The notes under the pieces were generated by a model, which was not told the origin of the DNA, ran no database searches, and saw only the letters and a program-made list of their open reading frames with translations. From the human T2T-CHM13v2.0 reference genome, Homo sapiens: a stretch of 64,000 nt of DNA. Positions 41,231 through 55,189 of the stretch are shown in pieces. Within the stretch, counting starts at the first letter, position 1. Each line of letters opens with the position of its first letter. A program made the position numbers and the translations under genes. The stretch is taken from NCBI RefSeq assembly GCF_009914755.1, contig NC_060935.1. One strand, 5' to 3'.

Positions 41231-43204
41231 TGATACTACTCTGGGTAGATGCAAAAATCCTTAAACAAAATATCCTCAAATAGAATTAAGCAATATATAA
41301 AAATAATTATATACCAAGATGAAGTGAGGTTTATTCCAGAAGTGCCAGACTGATTCAATATTCAAAAAAAAAATCAATATGGTACATCATATTACCAGGC
41401 TAAAGAACAACAAACACATGATCAGATCAATTTATGCAGAAAAAAAGTAACAAAATTTTACACCCACTCGTGATAATAATTCTTGAAAAGTAAGAATACA
41501 GGGGAACCTCTTCAATGAAGAAATCTAAGGAAAACCTACAGATAACATTATATCTGATGGTGAAAGACTGAATGGTTTTCCCCTAAGGTTGACTACAGGC
41601 AAGGATGTCCACCCTCATCCTTTTTATTCAATATAATGCCAGAAGTCTTATCCAGTGCAACAAGGCTGGACAGTAATGCAAATTAAAAGAATACAGATCA
41701 CGGATGGACAGAGCAGTGTGTGGAGGCTTGCATTGTGAACTTTTGTTCCAAAATGACTGCAGGAATACGCTAGGAAAGCCAAGAGAACCCACAGGCCCTC
41801 TGAAGGAAGCGGATTGCTCCTGAAGGACCCAGGAGACGCCCCAAATACTGTGCTGGTATCCATGGCTGAGAGACCCACAGACGGTTCACATCACAGGACT
41901 CTATGTAGACAACCCGCATTATCAGCCCAGAGCCTGGTAGACTTGCTGGGTGGCTAGATCCAGAAGAGAGATAGCAATCACTACAGTTCGGCTCTCAGGA
42001 AGCCACATCCTAGGAAAAGGGGGAGAGTACTAATACATCAAGGAAACACCTCATGGGAGAAAAAAAAATCTGAACAGCAGCCTTGAGCCCTACACTGTCC
42101 CTCTGACAGAGCCTACCTAAATTGAGAAGGAACCAGGAAAACAACTCTGGTGATATGAAAAAACAAGGTTCTTTAACACTCCCCAAAAAATCACACAAGC
42201 TAACCAGCCATGAATCCATACCAAGAATTGCTGATTTTTCTGAAAAAGAATTCAGAAGGTTAGTTATTAAGCTAATCAGGGAGGCACCAGAGAAAGGCAA
42301 AGCCTAATTTAAGGAAATTTTTTAAAAAATAATACAAGAAGTGAAGGAAGAAATATTCAGTGAAATAGACAGCATAAAGAAAAAACAGTCAAAACTTCAG
42401 GAAATAATGGATGCATTTATAGAAATGCAAAATGCTCTGGAAAGTCTCAGCAACAGAATCGAAGAAGCAGAAGAAAGAACTTCAGAGCTCAAAGACAAGG
42501 TTTTTGAATTAACCCAATCCAACAAAGACAAAGAAAAAAGAAAATTGAACAAAGCCTCCAAGAAGTCTAGGATTATGTTAAGTCTAGGATTATGTTAAAC
42601 AACCAAACTTAAGAATAATTGGCATTCCTGAGTAAAAAGAGAAATCTGAAAGTTTGGAAAATATATTTGGGGGAATAATTAAGTAAAACTTCCCTGGCCT
42701 TGCTAGAGACCTAGACATCTAAATACAAGAAGCTCAAAGAACACCTGGGATATTCATCCCAAAAAGATCATCACCTAGGCACATTGCCATCAGGTTATCT
42801 AAAGTTAAGATGAAGGAAAGAATCTTAAGAGCTGTAAGGCAAAAACACCAGGTAACCCAGATTTCTATGCAGAAACTCTAGAAGCTAGAAGGGATTGGGA
42901 CTCTATATTCAGCCTCCTTAAATAAAACAATTATCAGCCAAGAATTTTGTATCCAGTGAAACTAAGTTTCATAAATGAAGGAAACATACAGTCTTTTTCA
43001 GACAAACAAATGCTGAGAGAATTTACCACTACCAAGCCAGCACTACAAGAACTGCTAAAAGGAGCTCTAAATCTTGAAACAAATCCTGGAAACACATCAA
43101 AACAGAACCTCTTTAAAGCATAAATCTCACAGGACCAATAAAACAAAAATACAATTGAAAAAAAAAAAAACCTTCCAAGGTATACAGGCAACAAATAGCA
43201 CAAT

Positions 43205-44574
43205 GAATGGAATGGTACCTCGCATCTTAATACTAACATTGAATGTAAATGGCCTAAATGCTCCACTTAAAAGATACAGAATTGCAGAATGGATAAGAAT
43301 TCATTCTCTGCTGCCTTCAAGAGACACACCTAACATAAGGACTCACATAAACTTAAGGTAAAGGGATGGAAAAAGACATTCCATGCAAATTGACACCAAA
43401 AGCGGGCAGGAGTAGCTAGTCCTACATCAGACAAAACAAAATTTAAAGCAACAGCAGTTAAAAAAGACATAGAGGGACATTATATAATGATAACAGGCCT
43501 TGTCCAACAGGAAAATATCACACTCCTAAATATATGCAGCTAACACTGGAGCTCCCAAATTTGTAAAACAATTACTCATAGATCAAAGAAATGAGATAGA
43601 CAGCAACACAACAATATTGGAGGACTTTACTACTACACCACTAGACAGATCATCAAGACAGAAAGTTAACGAAGAAACAATGGACTTAAACTATACCCTG
43701 GAACAAATTGACTTAACATATTTACAGAACATTTTACCCAATAACTGCAGAATATCCATTCTATTCAATGGCACATGGAACTTTCTCTCAGGTAGACCAT
43801 ATGATAGGACACAAACTGAGCCTCAATAAATTTAAGAAAATTGAAATTATATCAAGCATGGTCTCAGACCACAGTGCGTTAAAACTGGAAATTAACTACC
43901 AAAGGAACCCTCAAAACCATGTGAATACATGGAAATTAAATAACCTGCTCCCAAATGATCATTGGATCAAAAATGAAATCAAGATGGCAATTAAAAAATT
44001 CTTCACACTGAACAACAATAGTGACACAACCTATCAAAACTTCTGGGATACAGCAAAGGTGGTGCTAAGAGGAAAATTCATAGCCCTAAACGACTACATC
44101 AAAAAGTCTGAAAGAGCACAGACAGACAATCTAAGGTCACACCTCAAGAAAAAAAGACAAACATGAACAAACCAAACACAAACCCAGCAGAAGAAAGGAA
44201 ATAACCAAGATCCGAGCAGAACTAAATGAAACTGAAACAAAATTAAAGCAAAAGATAAATGAAACAAAAAGCAGGTTCTTTGAAAAGATAAATAGGCCCA
44301 TCAAGGTGGCTCATGCCTGTAATCCCAGCACTTGGGAGGCCAAGTTGGGCGGATCACTTGAGGTCAGGATTTCAAGACCAGCCTGGCCAACATGATGAAA
44401 CCCGATCTCTACAAAAATACAAAAATTAGCAGGGCATGATGGCGGGTGCCTGTAACCCCAGCTGCTCAGGAGGGTGGGGCAGGAGAATCACTTGAATCCG
44501 GGACACGAAGGCTGCAGTGTGCCACGATTGCACCATTGCACTCCAGCCTGGGCAACGGAGCAAGACTCCGTCTC

Positions 44575-44605
<31 letters not shown>

Positions 44606-47240
44606 TGAAGAGAAGATAACTAAAATTGATAGACCATTAGCAAGATTAACCAAGAAAAGAAGAGATAAAAATCCTAATAAGCCCAATTACAAATGAAATG
44701 AGAGATATTACAACTGACACCACAGAGTTACAAAAGATCATTCAAGGCCCCTACGAACACCTTTAGGCACATAAACTAGAAAACCTAGAGATGGATAAAT
44801 TCCTGGAAACATACAACCTTCCTAGCTTAAATCGGGAAGAACTAGATACCCTGAACAGAAAAACAACAAGCAGCGAGATTGAAATGGTAATTTAAAAAAC
44901 TCCAGGACCAGATGGATTCACAGCAGAATCCTGACAGACAATCAAAGAAGAATTGGTACCAACCCTATTGACACTATTCCACAAGATAGAGAAAGAGGGG
45001 ATCCTCTATGAAGCCAGTATCACCCTAATACCAAAACCAGGAAAGGACATAACCAAAAAAGAAGACTACAGACCAATATCCCTGATGAACATAGATGCTA
45101 AAATCCTTAACACAATACTAGCTAATCGAATCCAACAACACATCAAAAAGATAATCCACCATGATCAAGTGGGTTTCATACCAGGGATCCAGGGATGGTT
45201 ACGTCCAATGTGATACACCACATAAAAAGAATTAAAAACAAAAATCACATGATCATCTCAATAGATGCGGAAAAAGCATTTGACAAAATTCAGCGTATTT
45301 TTATAATTAAAACTCTCAGCAAAATCAGCATACAAGGGACATATCTCAGTGTAATAAAAGCCATCTATGACAAACCCATGGCCAACATAATACTGAATGG
45401 AGAAAAGTTGAAAGCATTTCCTCTGAGAACTAGAACAAGACAAGGATGCCTGCTCTAATCACTCCTCTTCAACACAGTACTGGAAGTCCTAGCCAGAGCA
45501 ATCAGAAAAGAGAAAGAAATACAGAGCATCCAAATTAGTAAAGAGGAAGTCAAACTGTTGCTGTTTGCTGATGATATGATTATTTACTTAGAAAACCTTA
45601 AGGCCTCCTCCAGAAAGCTCCTAGAACTGATAAAAGATTTCAGCAAAGTTTCTGGACACAAAATTAATTTACACATATCAGTAGCACTTCTGTACACCAA
45701 CAGCGACCAAGTGGAGAATCAAATCAAGAACTCAACCCCCTTTACAATAGCTGCGAAAAATTAAAATACTTAGGAATATACCTAACCAAGGAGGTGAAAG
45801 ACCTCTAGCAAGATAAACTACAAAACACTGCTGAAAGAAATCACAGACAACACCAACAAATGGAAACACATCCCATGCTCATGATTAGGTAGAATCAATA
45901 TTGTGAAAATGACAAATGACCATACTGTCAAAAGTAATCTACAAATTCAACAAAATTACCATCAAAATAACATCATCATTCCTCACAGAATTAGAAAAAA
46001 AAATTTAAAATTAATATGGAAGCAAAAAAGAGCCTGCATAGCCAAAGCAAGACTAAGCAAAAAGAACAAATCTGGAGGCATCACATTACCTGATTTCAAA
46101 CTATACTTTAAGGCCATAGTCACCAAAACAGCATGGTTCTGGTATAAAAATAGGCACATAGACGAATGGAACAGAATACAGAACTCAAAAATAAACTCAA
46201 ATACTTACAACCAACTGATCTTTGACAAAGCAAACAAAAACATAAAGTGGGGAAAAGACACCCTATTCAACAAACAGTGCTGGGATAATTGGCAAGCCAC
46301 ATGTAAGAGAATGAAACTGGATCCTCATATCTCACCTTATAGAAAAATCAACTCAAGATGGATCAAGGACTTAAATGTGAGACCTGAAACTATAAAAATT
46401 CTCGATGATAACATTGGAAAATCCCTTCTGGGCATTGGCTTATGCAAGGATTTCATGACCAAGAACCCAAAAGCAAATGCAATAAAAACAAAGATAAATA
46501 GCTGGGACTTAATTAAACAAAGAGTTTTTGCATGGCAAAAGGAATGGTCAGCAGAGTAAACATATAACTCACAGAGTGGCAGAAAAATCTTCACAATCTA
46601 TACATCTGGCAAAGGACTAATATCCAGAATCTACAATGAACTCAAACAAATGAGCAAGAAAAAACAAACATGAATAGACAATTCTCAAAAGAAGATATAA
46701 AAATGGCCAAGAAACGTAGGAAAAAATGCTCAACGTCACTAATGATCAGGGAAATGCACACCAAAAACACAATTTGATACCACCTTACTCCTGCAAGAAT
46801 GGCCATAATCAAAAAATAAAAACAGATGTTGGTGTGGATGCAGTGAACAGGGAACACTTCTACACTTCTAGTGGGAATGTAAACTAACACTACACTATGG
46901 AGAACTAAATGCAGAACTACCATTTGATCCAGCGATCCCACTACTGGCTATCTACCCAGAGGAAAAGAAGTCGTTATATGAAAAAGATACTTGCATATGC
47001 ATATTTATAGCAGCAAAATTTGCAATTGCAAAAATGTGGAACCAATGTATATGCCCATAAATCAATGAGTGCCTAAAGAAACTGATATTATATATATTAC
47101 ATATATGATGGAATGCTACTCAGCCATAAAAAGAAATGAATTAATGGCTTTCGCAGCAACCTGGATGAGATTGGAGACTATTTTTCTAAGTGAAGTAACT
47201 CAGGAATGGAAAACCAAACATCGTATGCTCGCTCATAAGT
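43205..47240 (+). pseudogene. L1 ORF2p remnant (endonuclease/RT/Cys-rich), many stops and frameshifts
   Basis: Fragmented ORFs 43074-47272: [38 protein letters not shown]. Confidence 0.9.
44295..44603 (+). mobile_element. Alu (AluS) inside L1PB1 ORF2
   Basis: Dimeric Alu with ~29-nt poly-A; degenerate TSD aagataaata/aagataacta. Confidence 0.95.
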
Positions 47241-47771
47241 GGGACCTAAGCTATGAGGATGCAAAGGCATAAGAATGACACAATGAACTTTGAGAACTCA
47301 GTGGGGAAAGGATGGGAAGGGAGTGAGGGATAAAAGATTACAAATTGGGTGTAATATATACTTCTCAGGTGATGGGTGCACCAAAATCTCACAAATCACC
47401 ACTACAGAACTTACTCACGTAACCAGACATCACCTTTTCCCCAACAACCTATGGAAACAAAAATAATAATAAAGAATACAGATCAGAAAGAAAGAAAGAA
47501 AATTCTCCTTATTTGTAGATGACATCAATTTCTACATAGGAAAATCCTAGTGTATAAAAACTCCTAGAACTAATGAGTTCGGCAAGGTCAGAGGATACAA
47601 GATAAACATAAAAAAAATTAGAACTCCACATATTAGCAATGAACATGCAGACACAAAAATTAAAAATACACTATTTACAACTGCTCAAAAAAATGAAATA
47701 GTATAACAAAACATATACAGGACTTGTATTCTAAAGACTACACACACAAATGAAATAAATAAAAGAAGTTC

Positions 47772-48060
47772 TTTTTTTGAGATGGAGTTTCGCTCTTTTG
47801 CCCAAGCTGGAGTGGAGTGGTGTAATCTCAGCTCACTGCAACCTCTGACCCCCAGGTTCAAGCAATTCTCCTGTCTCAGCCTCCTGAGTAGCTGGGATTA
47901 TAGGCATCTGCCACCACGCCCGGCTAATTTTTATATTTTTAGTAGAGATGGGGTTTCACCATGTTGGCCGGGGTGGTCTCAAACTCTTGACCTCAGGCGA
48001 TCCACCCACCTTGGCCTCCCAAAGTGCCGGGATTACAGGCATGAGCCACCATGACTGGCC
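47772..48060 (-). mobile_element. Alu (AluSq-like)
   Basis: Antisense Alu with gagtttcgctctt; TSD agaagttct/ataagttct. Confidence 0.95.
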
Positions 48061-48838
48061 ATAAGTTCTAAATAAATGGAAAGGTATACCATTCCATGGA
48101 TTGGAAAACTCAACATAGCACATCTCCCCAAACTGATAAAGATTTAATACAATTACTATCAAAATCTCAGCAAGACTTTTTGGCTTTGTGGATACAGACA
48201 AGGTTATTTTTTAAATTATATGGAAAGGCAAAGGAGCTAGAATATCTAAAACAAATTGAAAAAAGAATGTAGGAAGACTCATTCTACCCTGAGTTCATTC
48301 AAGATTTACTACATAGCTAGAGTAATCAAGACTGTGTGATGTTGGTACAGGGACAGATACATAGATTAATTGAACAGAATGGAAACCCCTTATAGAAATA
48401 GACTTACATGAATAAGTATAATTGATTTTTGACAAAGGTAAAAAACGATCCAGTGAAGGAAGCAATTCAAAGAAGAAAGATAAGACTTTTCTACAAATGG
48501 TGCTGGAGCAATTGGACATCTAAACCTAGCATTAGGCAAAAAATTCTTAGACTTAAAACCAAAATTACAATCCATAAAAAGAAAAATTAACAAATTAGAC
48601 TTCTTAAAAACTAGAAAATTTTGCTCCTTGAAAGACCCGATTAAGAAGATGAAAGCTACAGGACAAGAGTACGAATTATATATCCAACAAAGGACTTGTA
48701 TCCACGATATGTGAAGAACTCCACAACTCAACAGCAATGAAAAAGCCCAATTTAAAAATAGGCCAGTGACTTCAACAGGTATTTTATCAAAAAGAGAATG
48801 TAATGATGAAATATCAGCACATAAAGACGTTCATCATC

Positions 48839-49200
48839 TGCTATGCTTTGAATGTTTGTAGCCCTCTTAAATTCATTTTGAAACTTAATCCCCAGTGCAA
48901 TGCATTAAGAGGTAGGGCCTTTAGAGGTGATTACATCACAAAGGCAAAGCCCTCATGAATGAGATTAGTGCCCCTATAAAAGGGCTTAAGGGAGTCTGTT
49001 TGGCCCCTTTTTGCTTTTCTGCCATGCAAGAATGCAGCAAATCACCATAAAACAGAAAATGAGCCTTCATCGGACACCAAATCTGCTGATACCATGCTCT
49101 TGGAATTCCCAGCTTCAAAACTACGAGAAATAAATGTGTATTATATAGACATTATCCAGCCTAAAGCATTTTGTTATAGCAGCAGGAATGGACTAAGACA
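48839..49200 (+). mobile_element. MaLR solo LTR (MSTC/MSTD-like)
   Basis: tgctatgctttgaatg...gcagcaggaatggactaagaca; 5-bp TSD tcatc/tcagc. Confidence 0.85.
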
Positions 49201-49712
49201 TCAGCCCTTAGAGAAATGCAAATTAAAACCATGATGAGATACCACCACATACCTATTAAAATTCATAAAATAAGAAGTAGCGACAGCACTAAATGCTGGA
49301 AAGAATGCAGAGAAACTAGATCACTTAACATTGCTAATGAGAATCTAAAAAGAAAACTGGAAAGTTCCATGAAGAACTAAAGTTTTAGTTTCGCTGCTGT
49401 TTCTTTGACAACTAAACATGCAATGACCATACAACCCAGAAATTGCACTCCTGGTTATTTATCCCAGGTAAATGAAAACCTATATTCACACAGAAACCTG
49501 TATATGACTACTGATAGTAGATTTATTCTGAATAGCCAGAACTAGAAACAACCCAGATGTTTTTCAATGGGTGAATGTTAAACTACAGTATATCCACACC
49601 ATGGGATGCTACTCAGCAATAAAAAAGAATGGACTATCAGTACAATCAACAAATTACCAGATAAATACACAGAATGAAAAAATATATACCAAAAGGTTAC
49701 ATGCATGATTTA

Positions 49713-50185
<473 letters not shown>

Positions 50186-50419
50186 GAAAGTGGGTATTGC
50201 TATAAAAGGACAACATGACTGAGATCATTTAGGTGATGAAAATGTTCTGTATCTTTACTGTATCACTGTCAGTATCCTGGTGCTGATATTGTACTACAGT
50301 TTTACATGATGTTACTATTGCGAAAAACTGGGTGGAGGGTATGGCAGATCGTCCCATATTACTTCTTACAATTGCATGTGAATCTACAATTATTTCAAAA
50401 TAATTTTTAATTAAAGCTG

Positions 50420-51000
50420 TTATATGTATCATCTCTTCTTATGTTTGGAATCTTTCAATAGCTTTACATTATTCTTAGAATAAAGACAAAATAACTAACT
50501 TGATATGCAAATTCTTTTTGGTCTAAATTTATCTCTCCAGCCTAATATCATACCTTTCTTTCCCTTATTCTTTTGTATTCCAATCATGAAGGCATCTAAG
50601 TTTTAAATCCATTTTTCTTTCTACCAATGGCCTTTCCACATGCTGCTCTCTCTCTCTCTGGAGTGTTTCTTTCTCTCCTTCATTCATCCCTCCTAACCAT
50701 CACTTCATGTAGTTAAGTTCTCATGTTTTCTGAACTTACTCATGCGTCTTTTTCTTGGGGAAGTCTTCTCTGAACCACAGGTCTAGTTAAATTACTTCAA
50801 TATTTTTTAAAGAATTGTATGCCTTCCTCCAAAGGGCTTATCTAGGTAAGTAATATGCATTGGATTGTGTGGTTATTTATGTTTGTCTCCTCCATTAGAC
50901 CATAAGCTCCATGAACCAACCCTTATTGACAAATATGTTCCCAGATCCTAGACTGATATCCTGTAACTGTTTAAAAAATATTTTTAAGTAAATATATCAG
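50420..51000 (+). mobile_element. L2 fragment (right part)
   Basis: cttagaataaagac..., tgtctcctccattagaccataagctccatga L2 3' motifs. Confidence 0.65.
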
Positions 51001-51129
51001 TAAAATAAGAAGTTGTTATGCTTAAAGAAGATACTTAATTCCTTCCATCCTTCTCTTTAGCATCTCCTGAGGCACCTTATTTAAACCATAGGGCTCCATG
51101 GAACACAGTTTATTTGAAAAGTGGCACTT

Positions 51130-52652
51130 CATCAGCATCTGTTGTTTCCTGACTTTTTAATAATAGCCATTCTAACTGGTGTGAGATGGTATCTCACTGC
51201 GGTTTTGATTTGCATTTATCTAATGACCAGTGATGATGAGCTTTTTTTCATATGTTTGTTGGCCACATAAATGTCTTCTTTTGAGAAGTGTCTGTTCATA
51301 TCATTTGCCCACTTTTTGATGGGGTTGTTTTTTTCTTTTTGTAGATTTAAGTTCCTTGTAGATTCTGGATGTTAGACCTTTGTCAGATGGGTAGCTTGCA
51401 AAAATTTTCTCCCATTCTGTAGGTTGTCTGTCATTGTGGAAGACAGTGTTGCAAATCCTCAAGGATCTAGAACCAGAAATACCATTTGACTCAGCAATCC
51501 CATTACTAGGTATATACCTAAAGGATTATAAATCATTCCACTGTACAGACACCTGCACACATATATTTATTGCAGCACTACATACAATAGCAAAGACTTG
51601 GAACCAACCCAAATGCCCATCAATGATAGACTGGATAAAGCAAATGTGGCACATATATACCATGGAATACTATGCAACCATAAAAAAGAATGAGTTCACG
51701 TCCTTTGCAGGGACATGGATGAAGCTGGAAGCTAACTAACAGAGGAACAGAAAACCAAATACCACACATTCTCACTCATAAGTGGGAGCTGAACAATGAG
51801 AACACATGGAGACAGGGAGGGGAACATCACACACTGGGGCCTGTCGGAGGGTGGGGGGCAAGGAGAGGGAGAGTGTTAGAACACTACCTAATGCATGCAG
51901 GCCTTAAAACCGAGATGACAGGTTGATAGGTGCTGGGGTTCAATCAGGCTGGTGGGAAAAATATTAAAGATAGGTATAGTAATAGCCAAAAACTATCTTG
52001 GAAGGCCTGAGAGTTTGCATAGCTTCAGATTTCTTGGCTGAATGCAGCCAGAGTGTCTTTGCAGGAGCAAGAAAGATTAGGGTGCAAGTGTAAAGGAATG
52101 TGGGAAGTTTATCTTACTAACCTGTTTACTTATATGGGCTTAAGACTGTCCTTTGTCCTACCGTGGGTACTTTACTGCCTCGCCACTGCCTCCTACTGTC
52201 GGGGAGGAGGGTCAGCAGAAGTTTATTACCTGTAAATGGTGTTTGCTTTAGGCCTAGGAACCTGGCCTTTAATCTTTACCTCTAATGGTGTTTACTCACA
52301 ACTTTTGTTAATTAGTCTTACAGAATAAATGCGAGCCTCACTAGCTAATCAGGGCCAAGTCCCAACTGTTTACAGGACTCAGCAGGAAGCCTATAAGCAG
52401 CTTGGACTGTCAGCTGGACTGGCAGAGCAGAATATCTATCAGTGTACGTTTATTCATCCATCTCCAAATCAGGGGTCTGCAGGAACAGACCCCGCACCAG
52501 CAGCTAGTGCCCCCATGAAAGGAGCGCTCCCTCAGACAGGTGCAGCAAACCACCGTGGCACATGTAAACCTAGGTAACAAACCTGCATGTTCTGCACTTG
52601 TATCCCAGAACTTAAAGTAAAATTAGAAAAAGAAATTAAAAAAATAATTTAA
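51130..52652 (+). mobile_element. L1PA8-like element with 5' inversion (twin priming)
   Basis: Antisense L1 at 51131-51431 joined to sense L1 from 51432; L1PA8-type 3'UTR cctaatgcatgcagg.cttaaaacc.agatgac; TSD aaaagtggcactt (51117-51129) / aaaagtgacactt (52653-52665). Confidence 0.92.
51931..52534 (+). mobile_element. LTR22 solo LTR (HERV-K HML-5) inserted in the L1PA8 3'UTR
   Basis: TG...CA termini; start tgctggggttcaatcaggctggtgggaaaaatatt; AATAAA at 52324; 6-bp TSD gatagg/gacagg; L1 3'UTR resumes colinearly. Confidence 0.85.
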
Positions 52653-53111
52653 AAAAGTGACACTTTGGAGTCCCATCTATTGTAGTAAAATCTGATGGTA
52701 AAAACTGTGGCTCTTTCTGTCAACATTTGGGATTGGTTTGGGACCAAACAATATGTAGTCCAGGTTTAGCTACTCTTAGCCCTAATACAAACGTGAGCCT
52801 CAGTCTCTCTCTCCAGCTCTACTCATCTCTACTGTTTCCTCATGTAGCCACTATTTTAAATTTTCTGAAGCAAAGTTTGTCATTTCATCAAAACAGAATT
52901 GGTACTTCAAGTGGGATCATTCCTGTAACACCAGAATTATGGCTATATATTAAAAGTAAGGGAAAATGGTGCTACATACACCACATCTAAATACACTGCA
53001 TCTAAAATTTGGAGAGCAGCCAACTAGCCACTGAAGTTAAGGTGGTTACTTCTCTGTGCTGATGACTTACACTGTTCCTCTAGACATGGACTACCACCGT
53101 CACCACCACTC

Positions 53112-53200
53112 TTATGTACCAGTATATGAAAACATCACACTGTATACCACAAATGTATACAATTTTTGTCATTTAAAATAAATGAAAAAGTAAAAACAAA
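53112..53200 (+). mobile_element. Very short L1M 3' end fragment
   Basis: aaacatcacactgtataccacaaatgtatacaatttttgtcatttaaaataaat plus A-rich tail. Confidence 0.7.
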
Positions 53201-53649
53201 CAGAGCACAGGGAGCTTTGGGGGAGATTATCACAGTGTTGTGTTTTGGGGGGAGATTATCACAGAGTGTTGTGTTTAGAGAAGTTATTGCCAATTCTCAC
53301 TCTAGGGGAGAGAGGAGAGCATTTTCATCTCCCCAAAGCCAAAAAGGGAGGCATCCATAGAATAATTTACAGATAATGGGGGTTATTGAAGAAACAACCA
53401 GCCTTGTGTTTCCTGGAAACAAGCTTGTTGAAATTCAGAACATAGGGCCTCTCTCATGATATCACTGGAGACATCATTGATGAAAAAATTCTTAAGGAAC
53501 TTAATATGTGTCCTCTGGAGTCTTGGGGTGTGTGTAAGCACACAGATAGATTCTTCTCATCTGGAGACTTCTGAATGCAAGAAATCTCCTAGGAGACCCA
53601 TGCTAAGAAATGCTGAAAGACCTGTGGTACCATGTATTTGAGAAGAGGA

Positions 53650-54210
53650 GTGCAACCTTCACTTATTCCAGTTTGAATAGTGCTTTCACCATTTACTAGC
53701 TGGATAATCCTAGTCAATTTATTTAAGGATGATAAACTTTATTTTCTTCTTTTATAAATAGAGTAAGTAAGGCCAGTATCTTACGGTAAAGATGAAACAT
53801 GATGACATTTGTAAAACTACTGAGTACCTGGCAATAATTTGTTGATATTTTTATTGGTATTAGGGAGGATACCTCTGTGGGCTCTGGAGTTGTATGTTAG
53901 AATCCCAGCTCCACCACTTACTAAGATACATGATCTTGGAGAAGTCACTTCAGCTCTCTACCCCTCAGCTGTTGCTCTGAGGATTAGTAAATCAATTAAC
54001 AGTGCTCATCATAGCTCTTATAATCTTGTTAAGCATTAAAGTCAGTTATGTACATATTTGTCTCTCTCCACAGGATTATAAACTACTTAAACACATGCCG
54101 TGGCCTTGCATGTCTTCTTGTTGCCACTTCAACTCCATCACAATCACAACTAGCAACACTTTGAAATATATACACTTACATATAAATAAGCATTCAATAA
54201 ATACTGAATG
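53650..54210 (+). mobile_element. MIR/MIR/L2 fragments
   Basis: gaatcccagctccaccacttact...tgatcttgg; cattcaataaatactgaatgaat. Confidence 0.65.
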
Positions 54211-55189
54211 AATTTGAATTTTTAATTCTTGGAACATTTGAGAGATTGTCTTATTCATATTATGGTTAGAAATAATAGAGCCCAACTTAAAGTAACTTAA
54301 GCAATTTTTTTTTAAAAAAAAAGAGGAATGGATTTTATTGGAATATTATAAATTATTATGGAAGCCTAGGACAGGTGGGTCTCTCAAGGGGCTGAAGCCA
54401 GGTCCTGGGAAATCGTTAGCAATACAGACTATTCTCCCTGCCCATCTGTCCCTTTTCTTTTCCACAGAGATACCTGCTTCATTCATTCTCTCTGCTTAGT
54501 GGCTTGCACATGACAGGAAGAAAATAAGTTTATTTTTACTCTAACATTTAATCTCCTTTCTATTGACCAGCTCAGCTGACTGATCATCTCTTCGCATCTT
54601 CTATTTCTGTCAGGAGGTCTGCTTGCTGTTCCTTTGTGGACAATTTTTTTTTTCTTTCTGGTAGCCTTTAAGATCTTATTTATATTATGTTGACACAAAA
54701 GTAATCATGACAACATAATATAAATAACTTAATACTTTATGTTGTGTATTTTCATTATGATGTACCTAAGTGTGAGTTTGTTTTTATTTATTTATCTTGG
54801 AATTTGTACTTTTTAATCCAAAGATTAAATCATATATTTCTTCCAGAAAGTTCTCAGCCACTATCTCCTCCAAAATTCCACTGATTTTTCCTCTTTTTTC
54901 CTCTCTCCCTTATTTAAACTCAGGCCACTCTTTTTCCTGTCATCTATGTCTCTTAACTTCTCCCTTATATTTTATTTATCTTAATCTCTCGTAGTATATT
55001 TCAAATGATTCAAATCTATCTTTCAATTCAGATCTGTGTACTACTTAAGTCACCAGTGGTAATTCAGTAATTAAGATCTGTCTACTATTTAAGTCACCTG
55101 TAGAGGCTATGTTTACTTGTTTATTTGTTTCAGAGACTGTATTTTTTTGCTAGGCCAAGGTGGCCTACTTATCTTTTTATAATGTCCTA

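Larger units (their letters stand above)
41701..47470 (+). mobile_element. Near full-length L1PB1 (L1PBa-type 5' end), ORFs disrupted
   Basis: Perfect 15-bp TSD aaagaatacagatca (41686-41700 / 47471-47485); ORF1 remnants 42122-43100; EN motif ILTLNVNGLNAP; [14 protein letters not shown] (45558); L1PB1-type 3'UTR gctatgaggatgcaaaggcataag. Confidence 0.94.

Noticed and set aside
41701-47470. Retrotransposition-competent L1
   Set aside because: ORF1 start mutated; ORF1 and ORF2 broken by many stops, frameshifts, deletions and an Alu
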